Part shown: positions 56,396 through 64,000 of the stretch, piece by piece
How positions within the stretch are numbered: the stretch's first letter is position 1
How the letters are laid out: each line of letters opens with the position of its first letter
Source: a virus
Strand: one strand, 5' to 3'
UHGV virus genome: UHGV-1374697
DNA length: 64,000 nucleotides
Notes under the pieces: model-generated
What the model was told of the DNA's origin: nothing
The model's database searches: none
The model's input: the letters and a program-made list of their open reading frames with translations, nothing else
Position numbers and translations under genes: made by a program

Positions 56396-56656
56396 TTAGC
56401 GTGATATGATTATGAAGAAGAGAGTGACCAATGTTGCGGAGAGGCCAAAGATATTGACGTTCATGTCCCGGTTACTCCGTTTCAATAGATGTGTGAGGGT
56501 GATGTAGATGAAGGACCACACCAACAGAACGATGAGGACGAGAATGAGCGAGAAGATGAGGGAGGCCAGTAGGGGCATACCATTGACCAGAAAGCCCATA
56601 GATAGGGAGAGGTAATAGATGCCCATGTAGGGGGATAATTCTGCTAGGTCTTTCAT
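56396..56656 (-). CDS. small membrane protein (two TM helices)
   Basis: LASLIFSLILVLIVLLVWSFIYI and LSATLVTLFFIIISR. Confidence 0.4.
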   Translation of the reverse strand: MKDLAELSPYMGIYYLSLSMGFLVNGMPLLASLIFSLILVLIVLLVWSFIYITLTHLLKRSNRDMNVNIFGLSATLVTLFFIIISR

Positions 56657-56658
56657 GA

Positions 56659-56979
56659 TTAGCTCTTCATCGCATTATAGAGGCAGAGTATAGGGACTAA
56701 GTAGAAACCAGCGGCGGCGACTGCCCCGAAAAAGAAAGAATCCTTCTTCGGAATGGAGTTCACCGTAACAACAAAGAGAATTTGAAGCACGTGACTGCCG
56801 AGTACCGCTAAGAAGCACGTCATCCACGAATATTCAGGAGAATACCCTTTAACCACTAGGGTAAGGACAAAGGGTATGAATGAGAGAACCGGAAGCATCT
56901 GCTCCAACGTGTCCTCGAGGTTTTCCCTAAATCTTTGAGAGTAGTCCATGTTTTCCAATGTCATAAGTCTTTTGGGCAT
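56659..56979 (-). CDS. small membrane protein (three TM helices)
   Basis: VLSFIPFVLTLVV, MTCFLAVLGSHVLQILFVV, FFFGAVAAAGFYLVPILCLY. Confidence 0.4.
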   Translation of the reverse strand: MPKRLMTLENMDYSQRFRENLEDTLEQMLPVLSFIPFVLTLVVKGYSPEYSWMTCFLAVLGSHVLQILFVVTVNSIPKKDSFFFGAVAAAGFYLVPILCLYNAMKS

Positions 56980-57120
56980 AAGAGGTTAGATTTATTGTCC
57001 GTTTCTTTGTAATAGCTCCACAGGTCTTTTGCGTATATGGAAGCCCCCTCGTAAATCAGGAGGAGCAGATTCACTATTCCAACAAATACTACAACTAAAA
57101 CTAAAATATCTTCCAACATA

Positions 57121-57432
57121 TTAATGAACAAGTTTATAGATTACCCATACCACAGGACGCACGATTACCATGTGGAAAAGTTGTTGAATATAGTGCAAGA
57201 GAAACAAAGAGCCTTTGTGTATCATGAATGGGACGAGCACCATAGGTATAAGTATGACCATAAAGCAGGCCTTGGCATAAAGAGACTCGTCTTTCAGGAA
57301 GATGAAGGCGCGGTACTGGCAATATAGAAACAATCCGGATACCAATATCGTCAAAGTGATAAGTGCTAGTTTGTCCTTCCCATCCCTCACCAAGCCGGTG
57401 AACCACGATTTCCATTCTTCTTTTGCTGTCAT
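57121..57432 (-). CDS. small membrane protein
   Basis: LALITLTILVSGLFLY, CFMVILIPMVLVPFMI, MVIVRPVVWVIY. A CTTGACAAAAAT motif lies ~100 bp upstream. Confidence 0.4.
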   Translation of the reverse strand: MTAKEEWKSWFTGLVRDGKDKLALITLTILVSGLFLYCQYRAFIFLKDESLYAKACFMVILIPMVLVPFMIHKGSLFLLHYIQQLFHMVIVRPVVWVIYKLVH

Positions 57433-57586
57433 GTTTGTTGCTTGTTTGCTTAGTTGTATTCTATGGGATTAGCGGAACGGGATTGGCCCCGCCCCGGAAT
57501 CCCGGTGACGAGGCCAATGTATCAAAGATTGGATTTTTGTCAAGAAGTTTTTAGAAGAAATTTTTGATGAAGTTGTAACTCGCTCA

Positions 57587-60532
57587 CTATCCTACGATTA
57601 CTTCTTGGCGTTGTTTGTCCTGTTCTTCCCATTCGGGGAAGTCCCGATACCAACGGGCCTTAGTACTGTCGCTTGCGTACTTGAGCCAGTCTTCTACATG
57701 GAGGAACCTCATGCGCCGTCTTCCTCCCGACACCTGTTTCGTTTTCCACCATGCTTCGTCTTGGAAGTAAGTGGTGATGGCGGTCTTGAACCCTGCGAGG
57801 GACTGACGCTTAGGAGCGTTAGCGGAACGCGGCTGGTCCGTCACCACCCCCGTATCTCGGATGGTGTAGAGAATATGCAGGAGAGCTTGCGGCCCCGTAT
57901 AGGTGATGGGAATATGCTTCCACAAAGGATTGCCCTCCTTATCCGTATCTATGTCCCAATCAACCGGACGAAGCTGGGTCACAAGGGATTCCTCCGCGGA
58001 TTCCCGCATGCCATACTTGGTGTTTATCTCTTGGGACTTCTGCACCACCATGCTTACAAGTTCGCTAACATCCTTGCTTAGCGAGTGGTAGTTCTCATAC
58101 ACCTGCGCCCATAGTTGCTGTATATCTATGGAATCACGAACCTTCTTCGCCGTAGCTAGGTCCCCTCCCATACTGCGGACATAAAGGACAGAGTAGCGGC
58201 GGTTCCCCGTGGCATCCGTCAGTGGGTTGGGGTCGTTGGACGTACCAATGAACACCGCCTTCGGCTTATACATCCGCTGGTCACGCTGGTATGCCGCACG
58301 GGTCTTGGCGGGCTGGATGTCAAGAGCATTCTTCACTTTGTTCGCGTCCTCCGGGTTAGAGAGGATTCGGTCAATCTCGTCCAGCTGGATAACATGGGTA
58401 CTGCTCTTCTGCACGATAGCATCCTTCTCATTATGGATGTCAAAGCTACTCGTGAAGCATCCGGGATAGTCGGCAAGGAGCTTAGAGGCCCAGTAAGATT
58501 TACCGCTACCTTGGCTACCAATGAAGATGGGGCAGAAGATGGGGCACATGTTATTAACATCTTCCATCGACTTCTCCATGTGGTCGAGGACGGTGTAGAG
58601 CCATGTACGAAGCACGAAGTCCAGCCACTCTTCTTCGGTATAGCCTTCCGGGGCCATGCCCTCTTCCAGTTCAAGAGTACGGATGTACTGCCCCACTCGG
58701 TCAATACCATCCCAAGGTTTTACGCACAAGGTGGATGCGAGGGGGTGGTAGAAGAAGTTGGTGGAGATACTGCGGAAGGTTGCGTCCAGTTCGTGTTGCA
58801 ATTTGGAGGTAGCCGTTCCTACTGCCAGATAGCTGGCCCACTTGCCCGCGATGTGGTTCACGAACTCCGGGTCGTAAGGATAGAGCCTTCGGCTCACGAG
58901 GTCCAGCACCAGTTTGGTCTCATTAGCTACATCGGTCACAATGCGGAGACCAATGGAGGCAAGAAGGAAGCTAACATTAACGAATGATACGGAAACGATG
59001 TCCTTCTTGGGGTCCTTCATGGGGAAGTCGAGAGTAGCCCAGCGTTCAGGTTTCTTTGCCTGATAAGCCTTCCCCTCCGGTAAGGGTCCGGTCTCGGCAA
59101 GGATTTTCTTTAGCTCTGCGTCGGGGTTATATATCTTATCCAGCAAGGATTCAGATTCAGCATCCGTAACCGGAGGGGTTATGGTGGCAATGTCTCTGTT
59201 CTCGATGTCCAGCACATACATGCGGAACAGGTCATTCATGCTCTTCACCTTCCGGTCCTTGTCTTGGCAGGAGCTATGGAGGCAATGGAACCATGAGGTA
59301 GATGGGAAGTCCCGGACAATGTTGAATTGCAGGTCACGGTCGGCACGGTGTCCCGTGCATACGCTTGCGCACGCGGGGCACATGCCGTACATGTGGTTCC
59401 CCTCCCAGCGCATTGCCCGGAAGCCCTCGGCCTGTTCGGCGTAGCCATTATCGTCCAGCCACTTGGGGAACTCGGAGATAAGAATGGGAAGCGGGTCCCG
59501 CTCGGTCAGGAGGTCATCCTCTGCCGCGGGAGCCACGGTTTCCTTGGTAGCCCGTTCGACCAGCTTGTCAAGGGAGGGCACGGTAAATACCTGCGGCGTA
59601 TCTTTATCCCGTTCCACCAACTCCCCGTGGTAGAGGAACTGCAACCGGGAGATGTCCTTACATGCGGGGTCGCAGGTCAGACCGGAGAGGTTGTACACTT
59701 GGTCCCACAGGTATTTGCAGATTAGCTGGTGGCGAGCCTGACGAATAGCCGCGACGTACTTGCCCATATCCGGGATATGGGAATCCGTGGAATCCGTGGA
59801 TTCCGGGGGTTCCGAGATGTTGAGAGCCTCGCGTGCCCGTTCATCGACTTGGACGAAGAACTTGAACCCGCCACTGGGGCTGACGTACCCGAACAAGTAA
59901 CCGGGCAAGTGGGAGAGCTTATCCTCGGCAATGCGTTTAAGTTCCTCCGTAGTGGCGGGGTTCGTATCTTCATCCTTCTTCTTTAGGTCAATGTCCAGAC
60001 CAATGATGCCGGAGTGGGACCAGAAGGAGATAGCCCGGCGCAATGCGGTACGCGGGTCAACGGTCTTCTTATTCTCGCCCAGCATAGATGGGACGGAATG
60101 GAAGATGACGGAAGGGATGAGGGCAGGAAGCGCGTTCTTGACCTTCACCTCGCCATCTGGGCTGTTCTCCTTCCATCGGGTATAGACCTTCTCATAGGCG
60201 GGAGCCAATGGCGCACGAAGTGGCCGCCCTGCCTGTTTATCGAGAAGGAGTGATAATTGGAGACTTGTCTTTAACCGCTCGTCCGCGATGTCGTTACTGC
60301 GGAGGAAGTTAATGAGACAGTCGATTGTAATTGCCTGTGGATTCTTCCCGCTTCCGGTAAAGACGCGAGGAGCGTTACTCCGCTCCAACAAATCCCAAGG
60401 CGTGGGGATTAGAGTAATGGATTGCATACTTTTATGAATGAGGCCGGTGGAGCGTGGACGGCGTAGTCCGCACCCTCGTGGCCTATGGTTTGAATTGCCG
60501 TCCGGAGGTCGAACGGTGTCCGAGGCTACCAC
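57587..60532 (-). CDS. bifunctional AEP primase (PrimPol-like) / SF3 (D5-like) helicase
   Basis: AEP motif I IIGLDIDLK; motif II-like SPSGGFKFF; zinc ribbon CPACASVC...HCLHSSC; SF3 Walker A FIGSQGSGKSY; Walker B HVIQLDEID. The annotated start is GTG, so the true start may be a downstream ATG. Confidence 0.8.
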   Translation of the reverse strand: MVASDTVRPPDGNSNHRPRGCGLRRPRSTGLIHKSMQSITLIPTPWDLLERSNAPRVFTGSGKNPQAITIDCLINFLRSNDIADERLKTSLQLSLLLDKQAGRPLRAPLAPAYEKVYTRWKENSPDGEVKVKNALPALIPSVIFHSVPSMLGENKKTVDPRTALRRAISFWSHSGIIGLDIDLKKKDEDTNPATTEELKRIAEDKLSHLPGYLFGYVSPSGGFKFFVQVDERAREALNISEPPESTDSTDSHIPDMGKYVAAIRQARHQLICKYLWDQVYNLSGLTCDPACKDISRLQFLYHGELVERDKDTPQVFTVPSLDKLVERATKETVAPAAEDDLLTERDPLPILISEFPKWLDDNGYAEQAEGFRAMRWEGNHMYGMCPACASVCTGHRADRDLQFNIVRDFPSTSWFHCLHSSCQDKDRKVKSMNDLFRMYVLDIENRDIATITPPVTDAESESLLDKIYNPDAELKKILAETGPLPEGKAYQAKKPERWATLDFPMKDPKKDIVSVSFVNVSFLLASIGLRIVTDVANETKLVLDLVSRRLYPYDPEFVNHIAGKWASYLAVGTATSKLQHELDATFRSISTNFFYHPLASTLCVKPWDGIDRVGQYIRTLELEEGMAPEGYTEEEWLDFVLRTWLYTVLDHMEKSMEDVNNMCPIFCPIFIGSQGSGKSYWASKLLADYPGCFTSSFDIHNEKDAIVQKSSTHVIQLDEIDRILSNPEDANKVKNALDIQPAKTRAAYQRDQRMYKPKAVFIGTSNDPNPLTDATGNRRYSVLYVRSMGGDLATAKKVRDSIDIQQLWAQVYENYHSLSKDVSELVSMVVQKSQEINTKYGMRESAEESLVTQLRPVDWDIDTDKEGNPLWKHIPITYTGPQALLHILYTIRDTGVVTDQPRSANAPKRQSLAGFKTAITTYFQDEAWWKTKQVSGGRRRMRFLHVEDWLKYASDSTKARWYRDFPEWEEQDKQRQEVIVG

Positions 60533-60564
60533 GGGTTCCGGGGGTTGTCAAGTAGAATCTACGA

Positions 60565-61090
60565 CCCTTAACAAGCATGTAACAAGCAAGATTTAGAGTA
60601 GTTGTTACGGTAAGTTATTGAGTATATACGACTTAACAACTATAACAAGCATAACAAGCAAAAACCGTAGTTAAACGTGTACGCACTCGTCCTCGTGCCG
60701 TATGGCGGTCGCGCTACGCGCTCCGCGAACCATGTTTTTATGATAGGGAAAGGGCTAACTCGGAAAGCGATTAAAACTGAATGAGTTAGCGTAACAACCT
60801 ATCAAAATCTCGATGTAAGATGTTAAGAGCCAAGTACTTAACAGCTGAAGCTCGAAAGAAGTTGTTACGCTGGGTCATTGATAATAAACGACTTAACAAC
60901 TATAACAAGCAAACAAGCAAATTCTACAGACTCTATATATGTGTATATAAGGCCTCCCCTATACCCCTCTTTTCTTATATAACTACTATTTTTGCTTGTT
61001 TTGGTTGTTATAGTTGTTAAACTATTAAAAAAGAAGGGGTTAGCGTAACAACTACTCTAAATCATGCTTGTTATAGGTTGTTAGTAGATG
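60565..61090. repeat. iteron cluster (AACAAGCA / GTAACAAC family) in direct and inverted orientation; candidate replication origin or packaging region
   Basis: ACGACTTAACAACTATAACAAGCA(T/A)AACAAGCAA occurs at 60628-60660 and 60888-60920. Inverted copy TTGCTTGTTTTGGTTGTTATAGTTGTTAA at 60993-61020. An inverted block at 61038-61082 mirrors 60571-60610. A GC-rich block (60677-60735) is embedded. Confidence 0.6.
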
Positions 61091-61387
61091 TTACAAGATT
61101 GAGAATGAACGGATTAAGAGAACAGCATTGGGCGTCAGCCACTTATGAGTATGGGGTTCTCCGGCTAAAGAAAAACCCTTCGGAAGCAGGACATGCCTAC
61201 CTCCGAAGGGCTACGCCTTGGGAACATCAACCTAGGAGATGGGTGACAGGAGGGCGTTGCTTCGAGTAGGACTTACCTACTACCTTACTGCCTACCCTCC
61301 ACGCGTTGCCCTCCTGTCTGGCCGTATAATACCAGCCCCATCGAAAAAGTCAAGACAATCCTCTGCCAATATGTTATTTTGTTATGC

Positions 61388-61403
61388 ACGCGTATATACG
61401 CGC
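61388..61403. promoter_or_regulatory. perfect 16-bp palindrome CGCGTATATACGCG (operator-like)
   Basis: Read directly; lies in the non-coding hub just upstream of direct repeat 1. Confidence 0.4.
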
Positions 61404-61437
61404 CCACATGTGTGTACGCCCCCTTTCCAAATCTCCT

Positions 61438-61504
61438 GAATTTAATCGAGCGTCCTACCCTAGAACGCGCCGCAACCCTCCCTCCGCTACAACTATCCAC
61501 CCGG
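61438..61504. repeat. 65-bp direct repeat, copy 1
   Basis: GAATTTAATCGAG(C/G)GTCCTACCCTAGAACGCGCC(G/A)CAACC...CCGCTA(C/T)AACTA(T/C)CC(A/G)CCCG, shared with 61916-61982. Confidence 0.5.
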
Positions 61505-61574
61505 ACCCCGTCCCCTCCTTCTACCCCGCCACACTGGATTAAATTCGTAAACGCGCCATCACACCAATTTCCTC

Positions 61575-61602
61575 TTGACTTTCTCCCCTGATGTGATATG
61601 TT
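61575..61602 (+). promoter_or_regulatory. sigma70-like promoter TTGACT-N16-TATGTT
   Basis: CCTCTTGACTTTCTCCCCTGATGTGATATGTTGC. No ORF follows within 60 codons. Confidence 0.45.
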
Positions 61603-61608
61603 GCACCT

Positions 61609-61770
61609 GTTCGCTCCGAACGGCAACCGAACCAGCTAAGCCCAATGCTTCTGGCTATCCCAAGCGGGGAATCCGCATGCCACAGGAGCGGACTAAACAC
61701 TCTCCTTTCTACAGGCATTTTCCATAGTTACGCCCGTGGGTAGTCTCGTCAAGCTACCTGCGGGCTTTTT
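61609..61770 (+). ncRNA. candidate ~160-nt small RNA bounded by promoter and intrinsic terminator
   Basis: Promoter at 61575-61602 and strong terminator at 61732-61770 on the same strand. No coding potential in between. The unit is flanked by 65-bp direct repeats. Confidence 0.35.
61732..61770 (+). terminator. rho-independent terminator
   Basis: GCCCGTGGGTAG-TCTCGTCAAG-CTACCTGCGGGC (12-bp stem including 2 G-U pairs) followed by TTTTTCTTTG. Confidence 0.55.
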
Positions 61771-61915
61771 CTTTGCCGCCAAATCCGCGAGAGCCGCTCC
61801 GTCGCATTATGCCCGCCGTGCGCAAATTTGGTCGATGGTAGTGCCCTATCTCCTGTTTCATGACTAATGTACCCACTCGCTACCTATACCCCGTCACACT
61901 CTTGTAAATTTGCCC

Positions 61916-61982
61916 GAATTTAATCGAGGGTCCTACCCTAGAACGCGCCACAACCGCTGGTCCGCTATAACTACCCGCCCGA
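61916..61982. repeat. 65-bp direct repeat, copy 2
   Basis: See copy 1. About 90% identical by eye. Confidence 0.5.
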
Positions 61983-62113
61983 AGAGTATGCCCGCCTTCT
62001 AGGTTGATACGTCCCCCCGTGGACTAGCCGCGTGTCGATTTTTCTTGACTAGGCGGGGATGGGGTGCAGACCAGATGAGGCTGAAACAGACCAGAGGTCA
62101 TGACCATCATGTT

Positions 62114-62131
62114 GAACCCACGGAACCCACG
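62114..62131 (+). repeat. tandem GAACCCACG 9-mers (GAACCCACGGAACCCACG) in non-coding DNA
   Basis: The first 16 nt (62114-62129, GAACCCACGGAACCCA) match 29759-29774. Lies between two TGTCGATTTTnCTTGAC promoter-like elements (62037-62051, 62176-62190). Confidence 0.45.
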
Positions 62132-62894
62132 CACCCCGCGAAGCGGCCATGACCATGTACCCACCCATGTACCCGCCGCATGTCGATTTTGCTTGACAAC
62201 CGACAACCGACATGCCCAGAAGGGTACTCCCTCCCCCGTACCCCACGGAAAAAATTTGACCCAACTATTTACTATGGGCCGCGTGCAACCCCGGAGCCTG
62301 GGAAACCGTGGTGGTGTTTGGATTTTCTTGGTATCCAATTTCCCCCTATACCTACGGAATCGGTGCATCACGGAACCTTTTTGCCTCTGATTGCACCGGG
62401 AACGGTATATCCCGGGGGGGCCTGCCTATCCCCCACATGCACCGGAATCGGTAAGATAGGCCACCGTGTTGCAACGGGAACGGTATACCACCTGCCCTGA
62501 ACTGCCACCGCCCCTGTCATGGGAACGGTACGCCATGCAACCCATTGAATCCTCGGAATCTGTTGCAACCGTCTGATGATAAGGAACTTATGGTATAAAG
62601 AGGTCTGTAGGTCTCCGGGGGAACCGAGGGTGCAATACCTGTTTCCCACTGACACCCTGATATGCGTAACTCGTTGATACTCTAGGCAATCCGCTTCCAT
62701 ACTTCGCATAATACATATAATGCAAAATCGCATTCCGGTTTTCCTACTAATCCGATAGGAATTGAAATTGAAGGTGCTGGAGAAGGCAGGAAAGGGGCAG
62801 GGTCTTGCCCTCAAATTGTTCAACTCTGGACGGGTTAAGTATCAACAACATATGAAGCATACCCTAGGGGGTATAGGTATCCTTCCCTCATTAA

Positions 62895-62913
62895 TAGTCA
62901 AATATTGGACTAA
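62895..62913. promoter_or_regulatory. operator-like imperfect palindrome TAGTCAAATATTGGACTA (second copy at 63045-63063)
   Basis: Half sites TAGTC/GACTA. Two copies 150 bp apart, immediately upstream of the 18-bp tandem array whose unit contains GGACTT. Confidence 0.4.
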
Positions 62914-63067
62914 TGGCTTTTACATTTTTGTAAAAGCCCTATATCTTGTATGTCAAATTGTCACACCCCTATATCTTGCGTACCTGTAGCGGTGCAATCG
63001 GCAGGCGGCCAGTCCTTGCGGTTTTGCCGTCAGATAGTCAAATATCGGACTATCTATCTTCAAAGAT

Positions 63068-63273
63068 TGTTAGACCGGACTTATAAAGTTAGGCTGGACT
63101 TAAAAGTTAGGCTGGACTTATAAAGTTAGACCGGACTTAATAAGTTAGGCTGGACTTATAAAGTTAGGCTGGACTTAAAAGTTAGGCTGGACTTATAAAG
63201 TTAGGCTGGACTTAAAAGTTAGTCCAAACTTAAAATGTTAGGCCGGACTTAATAAGTTAGACGGCACTTACAA
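63068..63273. repeat. tandem array, about 11 units of 18-19 bp (GTTAGGCTGGACTTAWAA)
   Basis: Units are contiguous and alternate ...TTATAAA / ...TTAAAA. No spacers, so not CRISPR. Confidence 0.7.
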
Positions 63274-63319
63274 GGGAGGAATGTTTAAGAATCCTTAATA
63301 GTTATGAATCCTTAACTAT

Positions 63320-63385
63320 CTTGAAGCCCTTGAAGCCCTTGAAGCCCTTGAAGCCCTTGAAGCCCTTGAAGCCGTTGAAGCCGCT
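63320..63385. repeat. 9-bp tandem repeat CTTGAAGCC x7
   Basis: Read directly; the last two units read GTTGAAGCC. Confidence 0.7.
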
Positions 63386-63487
63386 ATCCCACCACAACCG
63401 ATTGCCCGAAATTGTTCCATGTGGAACATTTTAAGGCCAAAAGATACCAAAAGAATACAAAAGAATCCCCTACACTATATATATAAA

Positions 63488-63533
63488 AGGGGAACCGGGG
63501 GAACCGGATACCGGGGGAACCGGGGGAACCGGG
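63488..63533. repeat. tandem GGGGGAACC(G) repeat, about 5 units
   Basis: GGGGAACCGGGGGAACCGGATACCGGGGGAACCGGGGGAACCGGG. Confidence 0.6.
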
Positions 63534-63714
63534 AATCATGGATACCGAAGGGTTGTATGACACAATTATAACACGCAGATAGTCAGCAGGTTACAACGCG
63601 CCGGAAAGAAAACCGCTTGACGCACCCGGCAATCATGTTAAATTGCAATCATCCAACGGGGAACAACCCCCGGACAATGAGAACACTAATTAAATAGATA
63701 GGAGACCACTAATC

Positions 63715-63999
63715 ATGATTATCAACATCATCATCAATCGCAGGTGCGGCCTCATTAACTATGACGCCGCTACACATCTTAAAGCTATCTATGACTACGC
63801 AACCGCCGCCGGACTGTCAGACCTAGCCCGTGCGTTGGATAGCGGAAAAGAAGCTGATGTTAAGGCCGCTCTCATGCACTATGTCATCAATGGGGGTTGC
63901 AACCCGGACATCCACCACTACAACATGTTTGACTTGTGCTTATTTATCAACCGGGTGCGGTGGACGGATGAAGAAGAAGAATCTGCTGATACTGAATGA
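63715..63999 (+). CDS. hypothetical protein, first gene of the rightward plus-strand block
   Basis: 94-aa ORF preceded by AGGAG 11 nt upstream, the only clear SD-like element noticed in the window. Confidence 0.4.
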   Translation: MIINIIINRRCGLINYDAATHLKAIYDYATAAGLSDLARALDSGKEADVKAALMHYVINGGCNPDIHHYNMFDLCLFINRVRWTDEEEESADTE

Positions 64000-64000
64000 T

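Noticed and set aside
60530-60532. Primase-helicase ORF start
   Set aside because: The codon at the annotated start is GTG, not ATG. The true start may be a downstream ATG (e.g. the MQSITLIP Met), so the 5' boundary of this feature is uncertain.
63068-63273. 18-19-bp tandem array considered as a possible CRISPR array
   Set aside because: Units are directly contiguous with no spacers, and there are no cas genes. It is a simple tandem repeat.
60533-63714. tRNA genes in the non-coding hub
   Set aside because: I scanned for cloverleaf-like T-arm (GTTCRANYC) and anticodon features and found no convincing candidate. tRNAscan-SE should be run, since detection by eye is unreliable.
1-64000. Diversity-generating retroelement, retron or reverse transcriptase
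   Set aside because: No ORF with RT motifs (YxDD in a palm context) was seen. The internal repeats found (33250/33522; paralog arrays) are not template-repeat/variable-repeat pairs with adenine-specific differences.
1-64000. Integrase, excisionase or repressor lysogeny module
   Set aside because: None recognised. The wHTH/HTH proteins at 31633-32459 are small regulators without a recombinase partner, and the window looks like a virulent-phage layout.

Overview
The window is a 64-kb segment of a tailed dsDNA bacteriophage genome. No integrase or lysogeny module is visible.

Strand layout: a plus-strand block (8-7701) encodes accessory DNA-metabolism genes: an SNase-like protein, NAD-dependent DNA ligase, a solo IS200/IS605-type TnpB, ThyX and small unknown proteins. 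It converges at a bidirectional hairpin terminator (about 7710-7738) onto a ~52-kb minus-strand block transcribed from ~60.5 kb downwards.

Minus-strand block, in transcription order:
- AEP-primase/SF3-helicase fusion
- three small membrane proteins
- MazG-like NTP pyrophosphatase
- family-A DNA polymerase with 3'-5' exonuclease
- SF2 (SNF2-like) helicase
- Cas4/RecB-like Fe-S nuclease
- RuvC-like resolvase
- large terminase and a head module (portal, scaffold-like protein, major capsid protein)
- tail and fiber-like proteins
- a 10-kb accessory region: zinc-ribbon proteins, wHTH regulators, two glycosyltransferases, a tandem array of six small paralogous genes and a lysis cassette
- further virion proteins and one giant 3308-aa ORF

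A 3.2-kb non-coding hub (60533-63714) separates the divergent minus and plus blocks. It contains an iteron cluster in both orientations, a candidate small RNA bounded by a sigma70-like promoter and an intrinsic terminator and flanked by 65-bp direct repeats, and several tandem repeat arrays (18-19 bp x11, 9 bp x7, 8-9 bp x5, palindromic operator-like sites).

Almost no gene has a Shine-Dalgarno sequence. Several operon starts carry a conserved CTTGAC(A/T) motif with very short leaders, so the host lineage is probably SD-poor (for example Bacteroidota or Cyanobacteria); this cannot be decided from sequence alone.

All calls rest on motifs read by eye, not on database searches.
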